In this document: positions 7,289 to 16,035 of the stretch, piece after piece | Layout: the number at the start of each line of letters is the position of its first letter | Numbering within the stretch: the stretch's first letter is position 1 | Source of the DNA: a virus | Taxonomy: Duplodnaviria; Caudoviricetes | IMG/VR virus record: IMGVR_UViG_3300044670_000849 | Location: 1-26,431 of that record | DNA: 26,431 nt | Reading direction: 5' to 3' (one strand) | The notes under the pieces: model-generated | What the model was told of the DNA's origin: nothing | The model's input: only the letters and a program-made list of their open reading frames with translations | Database searches by the model: none | Made by a program: the position numbers and the translations under genes

Positions 7289-8559
7289 TGGCAAACTTCG
7301 TATCCAACCCTTCTGCAACGTTTACGGTAGCGGATCAACATCTCATCTACCAAGCGGAAACAGGAACGACGATCGATGATAACTTTCGTTTTGTTTATAC
7401 GGTGTATCAAGACTCGGTATCACCCTCTAGTCTGCTCGGTAAATTCTACATCACAGCGAACACGAATGAATATGGTTTTTTCAACCTCTCGGAAGTGGTA
7501 CGAGACTTGTGCGTTGTCGATGTAAAAGAAGAGGGTTCAAATAACCTCATCCATTCTTTTACGAGTAACTACTTCACGAGGAGCAACGACAATATCAAGA
7601 AGTTCATTGTCGGAATTGGCGAGTGGAATGGAACTACCGAGACGCTCGACCAAGTAACTTCAACCATTCATTTAATTGACGGACATTTTCAAATAAATGA
7701 TGGATTTGAGCCTTCGTTCTCCGATTATTACGGGACGGCATCTGGCAGGACGTTTTGGCTCACGAATAGAAGGGATGTTGGAAATACCATTACGATAAAT
7801 GCAGACATAGAAGATCAAGGCGTTGTCGCTTTCTTGAATCGCAGCACGATAAGCCAAGCCGAAGACTTCGTCGTGAAGGTTTACGACTCATCAGATACGC
7901 TTCTCGATACAATCGATATTGCTATCAACACGGCAAACGGGGCGCAACTTCCAAGCGCATCAAGCCCGACCAAAGGCTTCCTCTGTTATTTTGGAATTTA
8001 TCCGGGGAACATCGCTGAGATTGACGATATATTCAACAACAACCCGACGTGGGCATATTACGAGGTAACCCCATTCAGCTCGACACCAACTCAGAAAGGG
8101 AACACGATGCGTATCAACAACAAGTGTACTCCAGCGAAACAAGACAGCGTCCAATTAGGATGGACGAATTCGGTCGGGGGATGGGACTATCTTCGTTTTG
8201 AGGGGAAGAAACAAAAGACGGTCTCACGCGAAGAGAAGACGTATCGAAAGCTCGTCGGAGATTACGCGGGTAATGCGTTCACGTTTCAAGACTTCGATAG
8301 AGAAATCACTCCCTATCAATTGGAAGCGAAAGAGACCTATCAACTCAACAGCATCCTCACCATTGAGGAGGTAACGTTGCTTCAATATTGCATGAGGTCT
8401 AAGAACGTAATGCTCAGGCTTCCATTTGACGCTAAATTGACGAACGGATGGGTTCCGGTTACGATCCAAACGAACTCGATGCAAATCGAAGAGGAAACCG
8501 TCTCGAAGGTGTTCATCACTTCGTTTAATGTTGAACTCGCACAAACTATCCGATGCTGA
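7288..8559 (+). CDS. Tail-tip structural protein (distal-tail/baseplate-like)
   Basis: 423 aa, beta-rich, C-terminal W.NS.GGWDYL.F motif; position in tail cluster. Confidence 0.6.
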   Translation: MANFVSNPSATFTVADQHLIYQAETGTTIDDNFRFVYTVYQDSVSPSSLLGKFYITANTNEYGFFNLSEVVRDLCVVDVKEEGSNNLIHSFTSNYFTRSNDNIKKFIVGIGEWNGTTETLDQVTSTIHLIDGHFQINDGFEPSFSDYYGTASGRTFWLTNRRDVGNTITINADIEDQGVVAFLNRSTISQAEDFVVKVYDSSDTLLDTIDIAINTANGAQLPSASSPTKGFLCYFGIYPGNIAEIDDIFNNNPTWAYYEVTPFSSTPTQKGNTMRINNKCTPAKQDSVQLGWTNSVGGWDYLRFEGKKQKTVSREEKTYRKLVGDYAGNAFTFQDFDREITPYQLEAKETYQLNSILTIEEVTLLQYCMRSKNVMLRLPFDAKLTNGWVPVTIQTNSMQIEEETVSKVFITSFNVELAQTIRC

Positions 8560-10748
8560 GACTAACCCTTGCAGGAAACGAAATCGAACTCTACGAGAAC
8601 GAGCCGGTGAATCTGAGTTATCAGTTCTCCGATATTCAAGATATAAACGCTTCATCCTCGAGCTTCTCGCAGACCTTCCGCGTACCTCTCACGAAGAAGA
8701 ACCAAGATTACTTCGGGGCGGTGAATGAGTTCGGTCTCATTACTACATGGGATCCGAAGGTAAAAGTCGATGCTGAACTCACTTACAACACGATTCCGGT
8801 CATGCGGGGCTTTGCCCAGGTCAAAGCGGTGTACGTTCAAAAGGGCAAATATGCAGACGTTGAAATCGCGGTATTTGGTGAGACGGCGAATCTCTCTCGG
8901 GATATCGGGGACGGGATGTTGTCTGACTTGGATTATAACCTCGACCACGCATTGACAGACACGAATATTTTAAATAGTTGGGCGGGTACTTTGCAAAGCG
9001 GAGACGTTCGATATGGTGTAGTTGATCGGGGTCAAAATTGGTCTGGTACTTCAACCTTTGTTAGTCCTGCTTTATTGCGGTCGGATGTGACGCCTTTTTA
9101 TCGCGTTTCAAAAGTATTCAATACCATAATGACCGAGGCGGGATATACCTATGACTCGAATTTCTTTGACGCTCAAACGGGGTTTGAGAGTATTGATGAC
9201 CTCTACCTCTTGGGCAATCCGGGAGGTCAAACAACAATCGTTGACGAATTTACAGAGAATCAACTTTTTCACGTTGGATTGTCAACAAATCTCGCTATAA
9301 CAGGGAACGTGTTTACAGTCATTCCGTTTGTTGATTCTGGTAATTTCTTCGATCCCTCGAATCACGTTGCTTCCGGGGTGTTTACTGCTCCGAATGATGG
9401 CTTGTATAAGTTTCAAGCGCAATTTAGTTTGTTAGCAGCGTCTACAAACCACACGTTGAAGCTTGCCTTTTTTGTAAATGGAGTGGAGCAACAAACCATC
9501 GTAGACGCATCACTATCCGCATTCGACCCTGGCTTCGGAGTGACTTCCGTTTACAGCGTTTTTCTTGATGCTACGGATACTGTTGATGTGCGGTATAAAT
9601 TTCATACCTCATCAGATACCGCAACCCTTCTTGGTGCTGGTTTGCTTACCCTCCCCACTTGTAGTTTTGAACTTTTCAATGTTGAATTCGCTGAGGGTGA
9701 AGTCATAGCCGCTGAGAATATGCCGGAGATGAAACAAATTGAATTTGTCTCGGGGCTTCAGAAGATGTTCAACCTTGTATTTATTCCGGATCGTAACAAC
9801 CCAAAACATCTGTCGATTGAGCCATTCAATGAATACATGGCGAGCGGTTCTTCGAAGGATTGGACGAACAAGATTGACCTCTCGAAAGACATCACCATCG
9901 CACCAACAACCGACCTGCAAGCGAGACGGTACGATTGGACTTATAGCCCCGGAAAGGATTTAATTAATGACATCGTTCAAAGCAATGCAGACAGAACTTA
10001 TGGGCGTTATCGAGTTGATGATCCAATTAATGACTTTGCTACAGGAACGAAAGAAATCAAGGCTCCCTTTGCTCCTTTCGTCGCTTCTTTAATTCCACAA
10101 ACGGGGTGGATTATTCACCGGATGTTGCTAAACACAGACAACGAACAAAAGACTCTGGAGAACCCAAAACCGAGGCTTGCTTTTTGGAATGGCTTAGTGG
10201 ATTCCGCTTATTGGAATTTTGGTAACGCAGGGATTCAAACCCAATTCCCAACGTTTACACCTTACAGCGAATCTCCGAATTCTTTAGAGGTCGACGATGA
10301 ATCTTTGCTTTATGGCACGGAACGTCCATTCTATCATGTTACAGGAACTCCGCTCAACAATCTATACTATAAATATTGGAGACCATTCGTCAATGAATTG
10401 TATTCCTCGGATGCTCGGAAGCTCACCGCCTTCTTCAGGCTCACTCGCTCCGAATTAGCGACGTTCGAATTCTCGGACAAGATTTATATAAAAGACACGT
10501 ATTGGAGGATTCTCTCGATATCCTATGACGCGACAAGCGAAGACCTTGTCAAAGTTGAGATGCTTAAGGTCTTGGGAGACATCCGGGATTGTGCGTTCTT
10601 ACCGTATGAATTCAACAAAGATGGTCGCGTTCGTTTCACCAATACCAGCGGAACCGTAGTTGATCAGGTTAGCCGGCAATGTTGCGAACGCTACGGGTAT
10701 TCTTATGACAATCTTACATCGTTTTGCTGGACAACACAACCACAATGA
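8553..10748 (+). CDS. Tail hub/baseplate protein with central C1q-like insert
   Basis: N-terminal IELYENE...SFSQTFRVP.T.KN, DWT.KID motif, central FD......GVFTAP.DGLYKF (C1q-like); immediately upstream of the tape measure. Confidence 0.65.
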   Translation: MLRLTLAGNEIELYENEPVNLSYQFSDIQDINASSSSFSQTFRVPLTKKNQDYFGAVNEFGLITTWDPKVKVDAELTYNTIPVMRGFAQVKAVYVQKGKYADVEIAVFGETANLSRDIGDGMLSDLDYNLDHALTDTNILNSWAGTLQSGDVRYGVVDRGQNWSGTSTFVSPALLRSDVTPFYRVSKVFNTIMTEAGYTYDSNFFDAQTGFESIDDLYLLGNPGGQTTIVDEFTENQLFHVGLSTNLAITGNVFTVIPFVDSGNFFDPSNHVASGVFTAPNDGLYKFQAQFSLLAASTNHTLKLAFFVNGVEQQTIVDASLSAFDPGFGVTSVYSVFLDATDTVDVRYKFHTSSDTATLLGAGLLTLPTCSFELFNVEFAEGEVIAAENMPEMKQIEFVSGLQKMFNLVFIPDRNNPKHLSIEPFNEYMASGSSKDWTNKIDLSKDITIAPTTDLQARRYDWTYSPGKDLINDIVQSNADRTYGRYRVDDPINDFATGTKEIKAPFAPFVASLIPQTGWIIHRMLLNTDNEQKTLENPKPRLAFWNGLVDSAYWNFGNAGIQTQFPTFTPYSESPNSLEVDDESLLYGTERPFYHVTGTPLNNLYYKYWRPFVNELYSSDARKLTAFFRLTRSELATFEFSDKIYIKDTYWRILSISYDATSEDLVKVEMLKVLGDIRDCAFLPYEFNKDGRVRFTNTSGTVVDQVSRQCCERYGYSYDNLTSFCWTTQPQ

Positions 10749-10915
10749 GGAATCTTGACAATCATCGTTATATAGGAGAAGCGATCCAATTGCTACAGAA
10801 CAAAGGCGAGAAAGTAAAAGTCCCGTTTTGGTTCAAGGCGTTGGACGTTCTCATTCTCGTTAGTATCGCACTCATCCCGATAATCACCTTGATATGGCTC
10901 GTGAAGAAGAAGTAA
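10745..10915 (+). CDS. Small protein with C-terminal transmembrane helix
   Basis: MRNLDNHRY...LDVLILVSIALIPIITLIWLVKKK; ATGA overlap with upstream stop. Confidence 0.6.
   Translation: MRNLDNHRYIGEAIQLLQNKGEKVKVPFWFKALDVLILVSIALIPIITLIWLVKKK
10746..10772 (+). promoter_or_regulatory. Candidate late promoter TGAGGA-N15-GTTATA
   Basis: Shares ATCGTTATATA exactly with 13422-13432; about 120 bp upstream of the tape measure ATG. Confidence 0.45.
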
Positions 10916-12474
10916 TTCTAAAAGTATCGGCGGACACAAGCAACCTCGATCGCTCAATCGAAGCCTCTGAAAATGCCGTCAAGAACTTGGGGACTACCGG
11001 ACAAACGGTTGTCGGTGGATTGGATCGGTTAACGGGCGGGCTTGCTTCGAAGTTTGTTGGGGCTGCGAAAGGTGTTGGAACGTTTATCAAGGGATTGAAT
11101 CTTACGAAGGTCGCAATCGCTGGAACGGGAATCGGTCTTCTTGTTTTGGCTTTGGGTTCAATCGTTACGTACTTCACGCAGTCCTTTGAAGGAGCGCGAA
11201 AATTCAAAGCGATTCTCGCGGGTCTTTCGGCAGGGGTTCAAGTCATCACAGACCGCTTCTCTTCTCTTGGGGGTGCATTGGTAAAACTCTTCTCGGGTGA
11301 CATCACAGGAGCGACAGAAGCCTTCGGAAGAGCAACGGCAAACCTTAAGGATGAAATCATTCTTGAAACGGCAGCGGCTAAAGCATTGGAAGAGGCGCGT
11401 CAATCGTTGGTCGATAGACAAAGAGAACAGCTTGTTACTACGGCAAAAGAACGCTCGGAGATTAAAGCGTTGAACCTCATCGCAGAGGACACGACGCAGA
11501 ACATCAACGACCGGATCGCAGCGGCGGACGAAGCCGGGGCAAAAGAACGCGCACTCTTTGAGCAACGCAAAGCCAACGCGGAAGAAGAGCTCGCGATTGT
11601 AGTAGCGCAAAACAAACTTGCCGAATCAGGAGAGGAAGACAGACAACGAGAAGCCGAACTGCAAGCGGAGGTTTTTAATCTTGCGGCAGAGTCTTTGGAG
11701 ATGCAAACCACCCTCCAGAACAAACTCAATACGCTCAAGCTCGAATCAATCAATCTCACGCGGCAACAACTGCAAGCCGAAATCGACCTCGCGAATGAGA
11801 CGGTCGAAGGGATGCAGAAGCGACAAGAGGAAGAAATCAAAACTCTGACCGTCACCCAAGAGACATCCGAAGCAACTCTCCAAACAAGGACGCAAAACTT
11901 CGCGGATCAAGTGCTCGGGTCACAGACCACAGAGGAACAAATTCGCCAACAGCGACGAGATACATTTGAGGACTTCAAGAATCAAGCTGAGTTAGCAAGC
12001 CATCAAGCGTTGGAATTTGCGGCTATGACTCTGGATATTATGGGCAGCCTGAACACGTTGTTCACCAAAGACGAAGAGAAGAGAGCAAAGAGAAGTTTTG
12101 AGATTGGAAAGAAGCTCGCTATCGTTTCAACCATCATGAACACAGCTGAAGCCGTAGGTTCTGCACTTGCCAAAGACGGCACCTTCCCAGGGTCGCGATT
12201 CATTGCAGCCGCTGCTGCTGGTCTTGCGGGAGCCGCTCAAGTGGTAACGATCAAACGACAGCAATTCGATGCGGGCGGCGCACCACCACCCCCACCAACT
12301 GCACCAAACCTGACCGGAGGAACAGCCCCGGGACAAAGCCCACAGCTCGACCTCGGGTTCTTAGGAGCCGGAGCCGGACAAACGGGCTTCCGGAGTTACG
12401 TCATAGCCTCGGAAGTATCGAACAGCCAACAGGCGAACCAACGAATAAACGATCAAGCATCATTAGTAGGATGA
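10894..12474 (+). CDS. Tape measure protein
   Basis: 526 aa; Ala/Gly-rich hydrophobic segment AIAGTGIGLLVLALG, long coiled coil, C-terminal RSYVIASEVSNSQ. Confidence 0.85.
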   Translation: MAREEEVILKVSADTSNLDRSIEASENAVKNLGTTGQTVVGGLDRLTGGLASKFVGAAKGVGTFIKGLNLTKVAIAGTGIGLLVLALGSIVTYFTQSFEGARKFKAILAGLSAGVQVITDRFSSLGGALVKLFSGDITGATEAFGRATANLKDEIILETAAAKALEEARQSLVDRQREQLVTTAKERSEIKALNLIAEDTTQNINDRIAAADEAGAKERALFEQRKANAEEELAIVVAQNKLAESGEEDRQREAELQAEVFNLAAESLEMQTTLQNKLNTLKLESINLTRQQLQAEIDLANETVEGMQKRQEEEIKTLTVTQETSEATLQTRTQNFADQVLGSQTTEEQIRQQRRDTFEDFKNQAELASHQALEFAAMTLDIMGSLNTLFTKDEEKRAKRSFEIGKKLAIVSTIMNTAEAVGSALAKDGTFPGSRFIAAAAAGLAGAAQVVTIKRQQFDAGGAPPPPPTAPNLTGGTAPGQSPQLDLGFLGAGAGQTGFRSYVIASEVSNSQQANQRINDQASLVG

Positions 12475-13412
12475 ACATTATTGAACTCATAATCGACGAA
12501 GAAGCGGAACTCTACGGAATCGACGCTATCTCCCTCGTAGAACAACCCGCCATTGAATCGGATTTCGTAGCTCTCAAGAACGAACAGATCCAATTTAAGA
12601 CCCAAGACAATGAGAAGCGTCTTGTCATGGGTGCGGCACTTATTCCCGATAAACCCATCTACCGAAAGAACGGGGAGGAGGAGTACTACGTCTATTTTTC
12701 AAAGAAGACCGTCCGACGAGCGATGGAACTGTACTTCAAAAACGGCAACCAAGCGAACGCGACCCTCGAGCACGAGCATACGTTGAACGGGTTGCACGTT
12801 GTTGAGAGTTGGATCGTCGAAGGAGAGCAAGATAAAAGCCGGATCTATGGACTCGATGTCCCGGTCGGTACGTGGATGGTCTCAATGAAGGTCGACAACG
12901 ACGCGATATGGGAGAAGTACGTAAAGGAAGGCAGCGTAAAAGGGTTCTCGATTGAGGGATTCTTCACCAACAAATATGAACTCGCAAAGGCAACCGTCAA
13001 AAAAGACAAGCGATATAAAGAGGGACAGCGCGTTGATATGGAGTCATACAACGATTACCCCGACGGAGTGAAGAACAACGCTAAGAAGGCGGTTGAATGG
13101 GCTGAAAAGAACGGCTGGGGATCGTGTGGAACGGACGTAGGAAAGCAACGAGCAAGCCAACTCGCCAAAGGAGAGAATATCAGCGTCGAAACCATCAAGC
13201 GGATGCGGTCTTATTTGAGCCGTCACGAAGCTGACCTGGAGTCCTCGACCTCATTCTCTGACGGATGCGGGTATCTCATGTACATGGCTTGGGGCGGAAA
13301 GGCTGCTCTTCGTTGGTCGGAATCCAAGCTAAAGGAATTGGAACTTTTGTCGGCTATCGAAGTCGAACTCGGACTTGAATTTGTAAAAAACCACCTAACG
13401 AGTAAGGATTAA
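12471..13412 (+). CDS. Prohead protease (XkdF-like) with C-terminal extra domain
   Basis: EKRLVMGAALIPDK, TLEH, VESWIV, GTW, KGFSIEG motifs; precedes scaffold and capsid. Confidence 0.85.
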   Translation: MNIIELIIDEEAELYGIDAISLVEQPAIESDFVALKNEQIQFKTQDNEKRLVMGAALIPDKPIYRKNGEEEYYVYFSKKTVRRAMELYFKNGNQANATLEHEHTLNGLHVVESWIVEGEQDKSRIYGLDVPVGTWMVSMKVDNDAIWEKYVKEGSVKGFSIEGFFTNKYELAKATVKKDKRYKEGQRVDMESYNDYPDGVKNNAKKAVEWAEKNGWGSCGTDVGKQRASQLAKGENISVETIKRMRSYLSRHEADLESSTSFSDGCGYLMYMAWGGKAALRWSESKLKELELLSAIEVELGLEFVKNHLTSKD

Positions 13413-13432
13413 CCTTCTCAAATCGTTATATA
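13403..13432 (+). promoter_or_regulatory. Candidate late promoter TAAGGA-N16-GTTATA
   Basis: Directly upstream of the scaffold ATG (13448); same motif at 1695 and 10746. Confidence 0.55.
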
Positions 13433-13447
13433 TAAAAACCCCAGAAG

Positions 13448-14038
13448 ATGACTCTGAAAGAACGCATCTCCGATATCTTCGAAAAGTACAGCGTCGAACT
13501 CGCTGTCGAAGAGAAGGAGGAAACACAAGAGGTCGCTTTGATGGCTACAGCCGTCCTTGAAAGCGGTCAAGAAATCCAAACTGACGCGGACGCATTCGCT
13601 GTCGGTGTTTCTGCTTTTGTCGTGAATGACGAAGGCGAACGAATCCCTCTCCCGGATGGAGACTACAAACTCCAAGACGGCTCGATGCTCGTAGTAGCAG
13701 AAGGTGCGGTTGTTGAGGTAAACGAAGCCACAACAGAACCAGAAGTCGAAGCCGAAGAGGAGAAGGAAGAAGAGATGAAGGCTGAAGAAGTCGAAGCATC
13801 TTCTGACGTGTTGACTCGAGAAGCTGTTGAAGGCATGATCGCCGAAGCTATCGAAGCAACGAAGAAAGAATTCTCTTCACAAATTGAAGAGCGAGACGCG
13901 AAGATTACGGAGTTGAGCAAGCAAGCCACCCCAAGCATCCCACGCGCACCAAAGATGGAGGCTCCCGTTTCCGTCGATTTGAAAAGTTTATCAATCACGG
14001 AGCGCGTTGCCGCGATCCACAATCAATTCTCTAAATAA
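13448..14038 (+). CDS. Capsid scaffolding protein
   Basis: Highly acidic 196 aa with PLPDGDY.L.DG..LVV.EG motif and coiled coil; between protease and capsid. Confidence 0.7.
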   Translation: MTLKERISDIFEKYSVELAVEEKEETQEVALMATAVLESGQEIQTDADAFAVGVSAFVVNDEGERIPLPDGDYKLQDGSMLVVAEGAVVEVNEATTEPEVEAEEEKEEEMKAEEVEASSDVLTREAVEGMIAEAIEATKKEFSSQIEERDAKITELSKQATPSIPRAPKMEAPVSVDLKSLSITERVAAIHNQFSK

Positions 14039-14997
14039 TGGCTAACGCTACAGTAAATGTCGGCACGTATGCTGGCGAAGCGGCACGACCTTACGTTGCT
14101 GCTGCGGTTTTGTCTGCGGACACGATCGCGAATAATTACGTTTCAACAATTGAAAACGTACACAGTAAAGCGGTTCTCCGTAAATTCTCAGGTGTAAGCC
14201 TTGCGGCAGCCTCTTGCACGTTCACTCCGGGCGCGGCTAACGCATTGACTTTGGGTGAAGCTGTCTTGGAAGCAACCGCGCTCCAAGTGAATGAACAAGT
14301 CTGCAACAAAGACCTTCGCGCGACTTGGGAAGGAATGCAAATGCGAGGACAGTCTTCATCTGCTCCCGCTGACTTCACAACATATGTTGCGCAATACGTC
14401 GCGGCAAAGGTTGCCGAAGGAGTCGAGCACAATATCTGGGCGGGTAATTGGAAGAAAGACCTCGGAGAAGATGCACCATATGCAAGCTTTACAGGTATCA
14501 TTCAAAACATCGTTGCTGGCTCACCCGACCGGGAGACTGTTTCTACGTTGCCTTTAGCCGTTGCAACCAGTGCGGCTGGCATTGGAATCCTTTCCGCTCT
14601 CGCTCTCATCACCGGAGGCTCAGAAGGCGCACCTGCTACAATCGCGGGAGATCCCAACACTAAGATTTTCATGAGCCGTGGTTCTGCTCAGTTGTATTAC
14701 CAAGCTCTTGCGGCTACATACAACCTTCCTTTCTTGAACGACGGTCTTGTTGCTCGTTACGCTGGTTATGACATCATTACTCCGGGCGGATTCCCTGACG
14801 ACTGCTTGCTCATCTCCAAGATTGACAACTTGTACTTCGGAACTGACCTTTTGACTGACCACATTCAAGCGTCCGTTTTGGATTTAACAGGTGTAACGGG
14901 TGACGATGTTACTCGTGTTATCATGAAGTTCTCAGGCGGTACGCAAGTTGTCGACCTCAACGGGTTGGCTGTATGGCGTCAGGAGATTGCAGCATAA
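14038..14997 (+). CDS. Major capsid protein
   Basis: 319 aa; YAGE, C.F, C..D, IW.G and NLYFGTDL..D motifs; follows scaffold; followed by a hairpin. Confidence 0.85.
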   Translation: MANATVNVGTYAGEAARPYVAAAVLSADTIANNYVSTIENVHSKAVLRKFSGVSLAAASCTFTPGAANALTLGEAVLEATALQVNEQVCNKDLRATWEGMQMRGQSSSAPADFTTYVAQYVAAKVAEGVEHNIWAGNWKKDLGEDAPYASFTGIIQNIVAGSPDRETVSTLPLAVATSAAGIGILSALALITGGSEGAPATIAGDPNTKIFMSRGSAQLYYQALAATYNLPFLNDGLVARYAGYDIITPGGFPDDCLLISKIDNLYFGTDLLTDHIQASVLDLTGVTGDDVTRVIMKFSGGTQVVDLNGLAVWRQEIAA

Positions 14998-15004
14998 TTC
15001 ATTC

Positions 15005-15029
15005 GGGGAGGGGCGTTAAATCCCTCCCC
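15005..15029 (+). terminator. Hairpin after capsid gene (attenuator or mRNA stabiliser)
   Basis: GGGGAGGGG-CGTTAAA-TCCCTCCCC with only a weak U tail. Confidence 0.6.
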
Positions 15030-15044
15030 TTAATTCCCTAAAAA

Positions 15045-15563
15045 ATGGCTTGTACAATTACAATCAACGGCAGGGCGTTTCCCTGCAAAGATAAAATCGG
15101 GGGAATCAAGCGCGTTTGGATTAAGCAATTCGCGTCGGATGACTGGGTTCAAACAGATGGCGAGGTTGCCGCGAACGCTGCGGGAATTACTCTCTATGGC
15201 TTTGAGATTACCAAGAACAACGGATCACTTCAACAGACGGTGAATGCCTCGGTTGAAAATGGTACTGTTTTCTACTCTCAGGTTCTCGAGATGTCTTTGC
15301 CCAACTTAACGGAAGGGGACAATCAAGAGATAAAAGACTTGCTGAGTTCTCGTCTAACGGTTTTGGTTCAAGATGTCAACGACAATTATCTCGCTATGGG
15401 GGTCACAACAGGAGTTGAGGCAACAGGCGGAACAATTGGCACGGGAACGGCAAAGGGTGACTTCAACGGCTATCAAATCCAATTGACAGCGGAAGAGTCT
15501 ACACCTGCTCCATTCGCAGACCCAGCTGGCGATGCCAACTTGACTTTGACGGCTGGTTCTTGA
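15045..15563 (+). CDS. Major tail (tube) protein
   Basis: 172 aa; MAC...C...GGIK, S.ENGT.FY.Q and GTA.GD.NGY motifs. Confidence 0.75.
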   Translation: MACTITINGRAFPCKDKIGGIKRVWIKQFASDDWVQTDGEVAANAAGITLYGFEITKNNGSLQQTVNASVENGTVFYSQVLEMSLPNLTEGDNQEIKDLLSSRLTVLVQDVNDNYLAMGVTTGVEATGGTIGTGTAKGDFNGYQIQLTAEESTPAPFADPAGDANLTLTAGS

Positions 15564-15592
15564 TTTCATTTTCTTTGGTTAGAATATAAAGG

Positions 15593-15622
15593 AAGGGGGA
15601 GGGCAATAGCCTTCCCTTTTTT
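15593..15622 (+). terminator. Rho-independent terminator
   Basis: GGGGAGGGC-AATA-GCCTTCCC followed by T6. Confidence 0.75.
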
Positions 15623-15630
15623 GATTCAAC

Positions 15631-16035
15631 ATGATACACCTCAACCCAAATAGCGCAGACGAGCAGTTCATCTATTTGACGCTCGCAGAGATGAAGAAGG
15701 ACTTCCCCGCGTTCACCAATTATCTCATAATTTTGGAGAACATGGCGAGTACCAATAAACAGGCTTTCGTGGGAGATGTCGAAGTCGATAACGCTCGATA
15801 TACCAAGATAAGCGTTTACACGAACCAACCCCTCGGGGCATCAAGCCGTGTCCTCTTAACCGAGACGGGGCTTTACACATACAAAGCATACGGGCAAAAC
15901 AGCTCAACGAACCTCAACGCGAACGATGCTTCGGTTGTTGCATTGCTCGAAGAAGGAACGCTCAACGTCACGGGTGCGATTGGGTACGATATACCCGACA
16001 TCACCATCCCCGATAATTACATATATTACCAGTAA
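15631..16035 (+). CDS. Hypothetical virion protein (possible head-closure factor)
   Basis: 134 aa, beta-rich, directly upstream of the portal. Confidence 0.6.
   Translation: MIHLNPNSADEQFIYLTLAEMKKDFPAFTNYLIILENMASTNKQAFVGDVEVDNARYTKISVYTNQPLGASSRVLLTETGLYTYKAYGQNSSTNLNANDASVVALLEEGTLNVTGAIGYDIPDITIPDNYIYYQ

Noticed and set aside
15577-15590. GGTTAGAATATA as a fourth late promoter
   Set aside because: It lacks the upstream T(A/G)AGGA element and sits right before a terminator hairpin.
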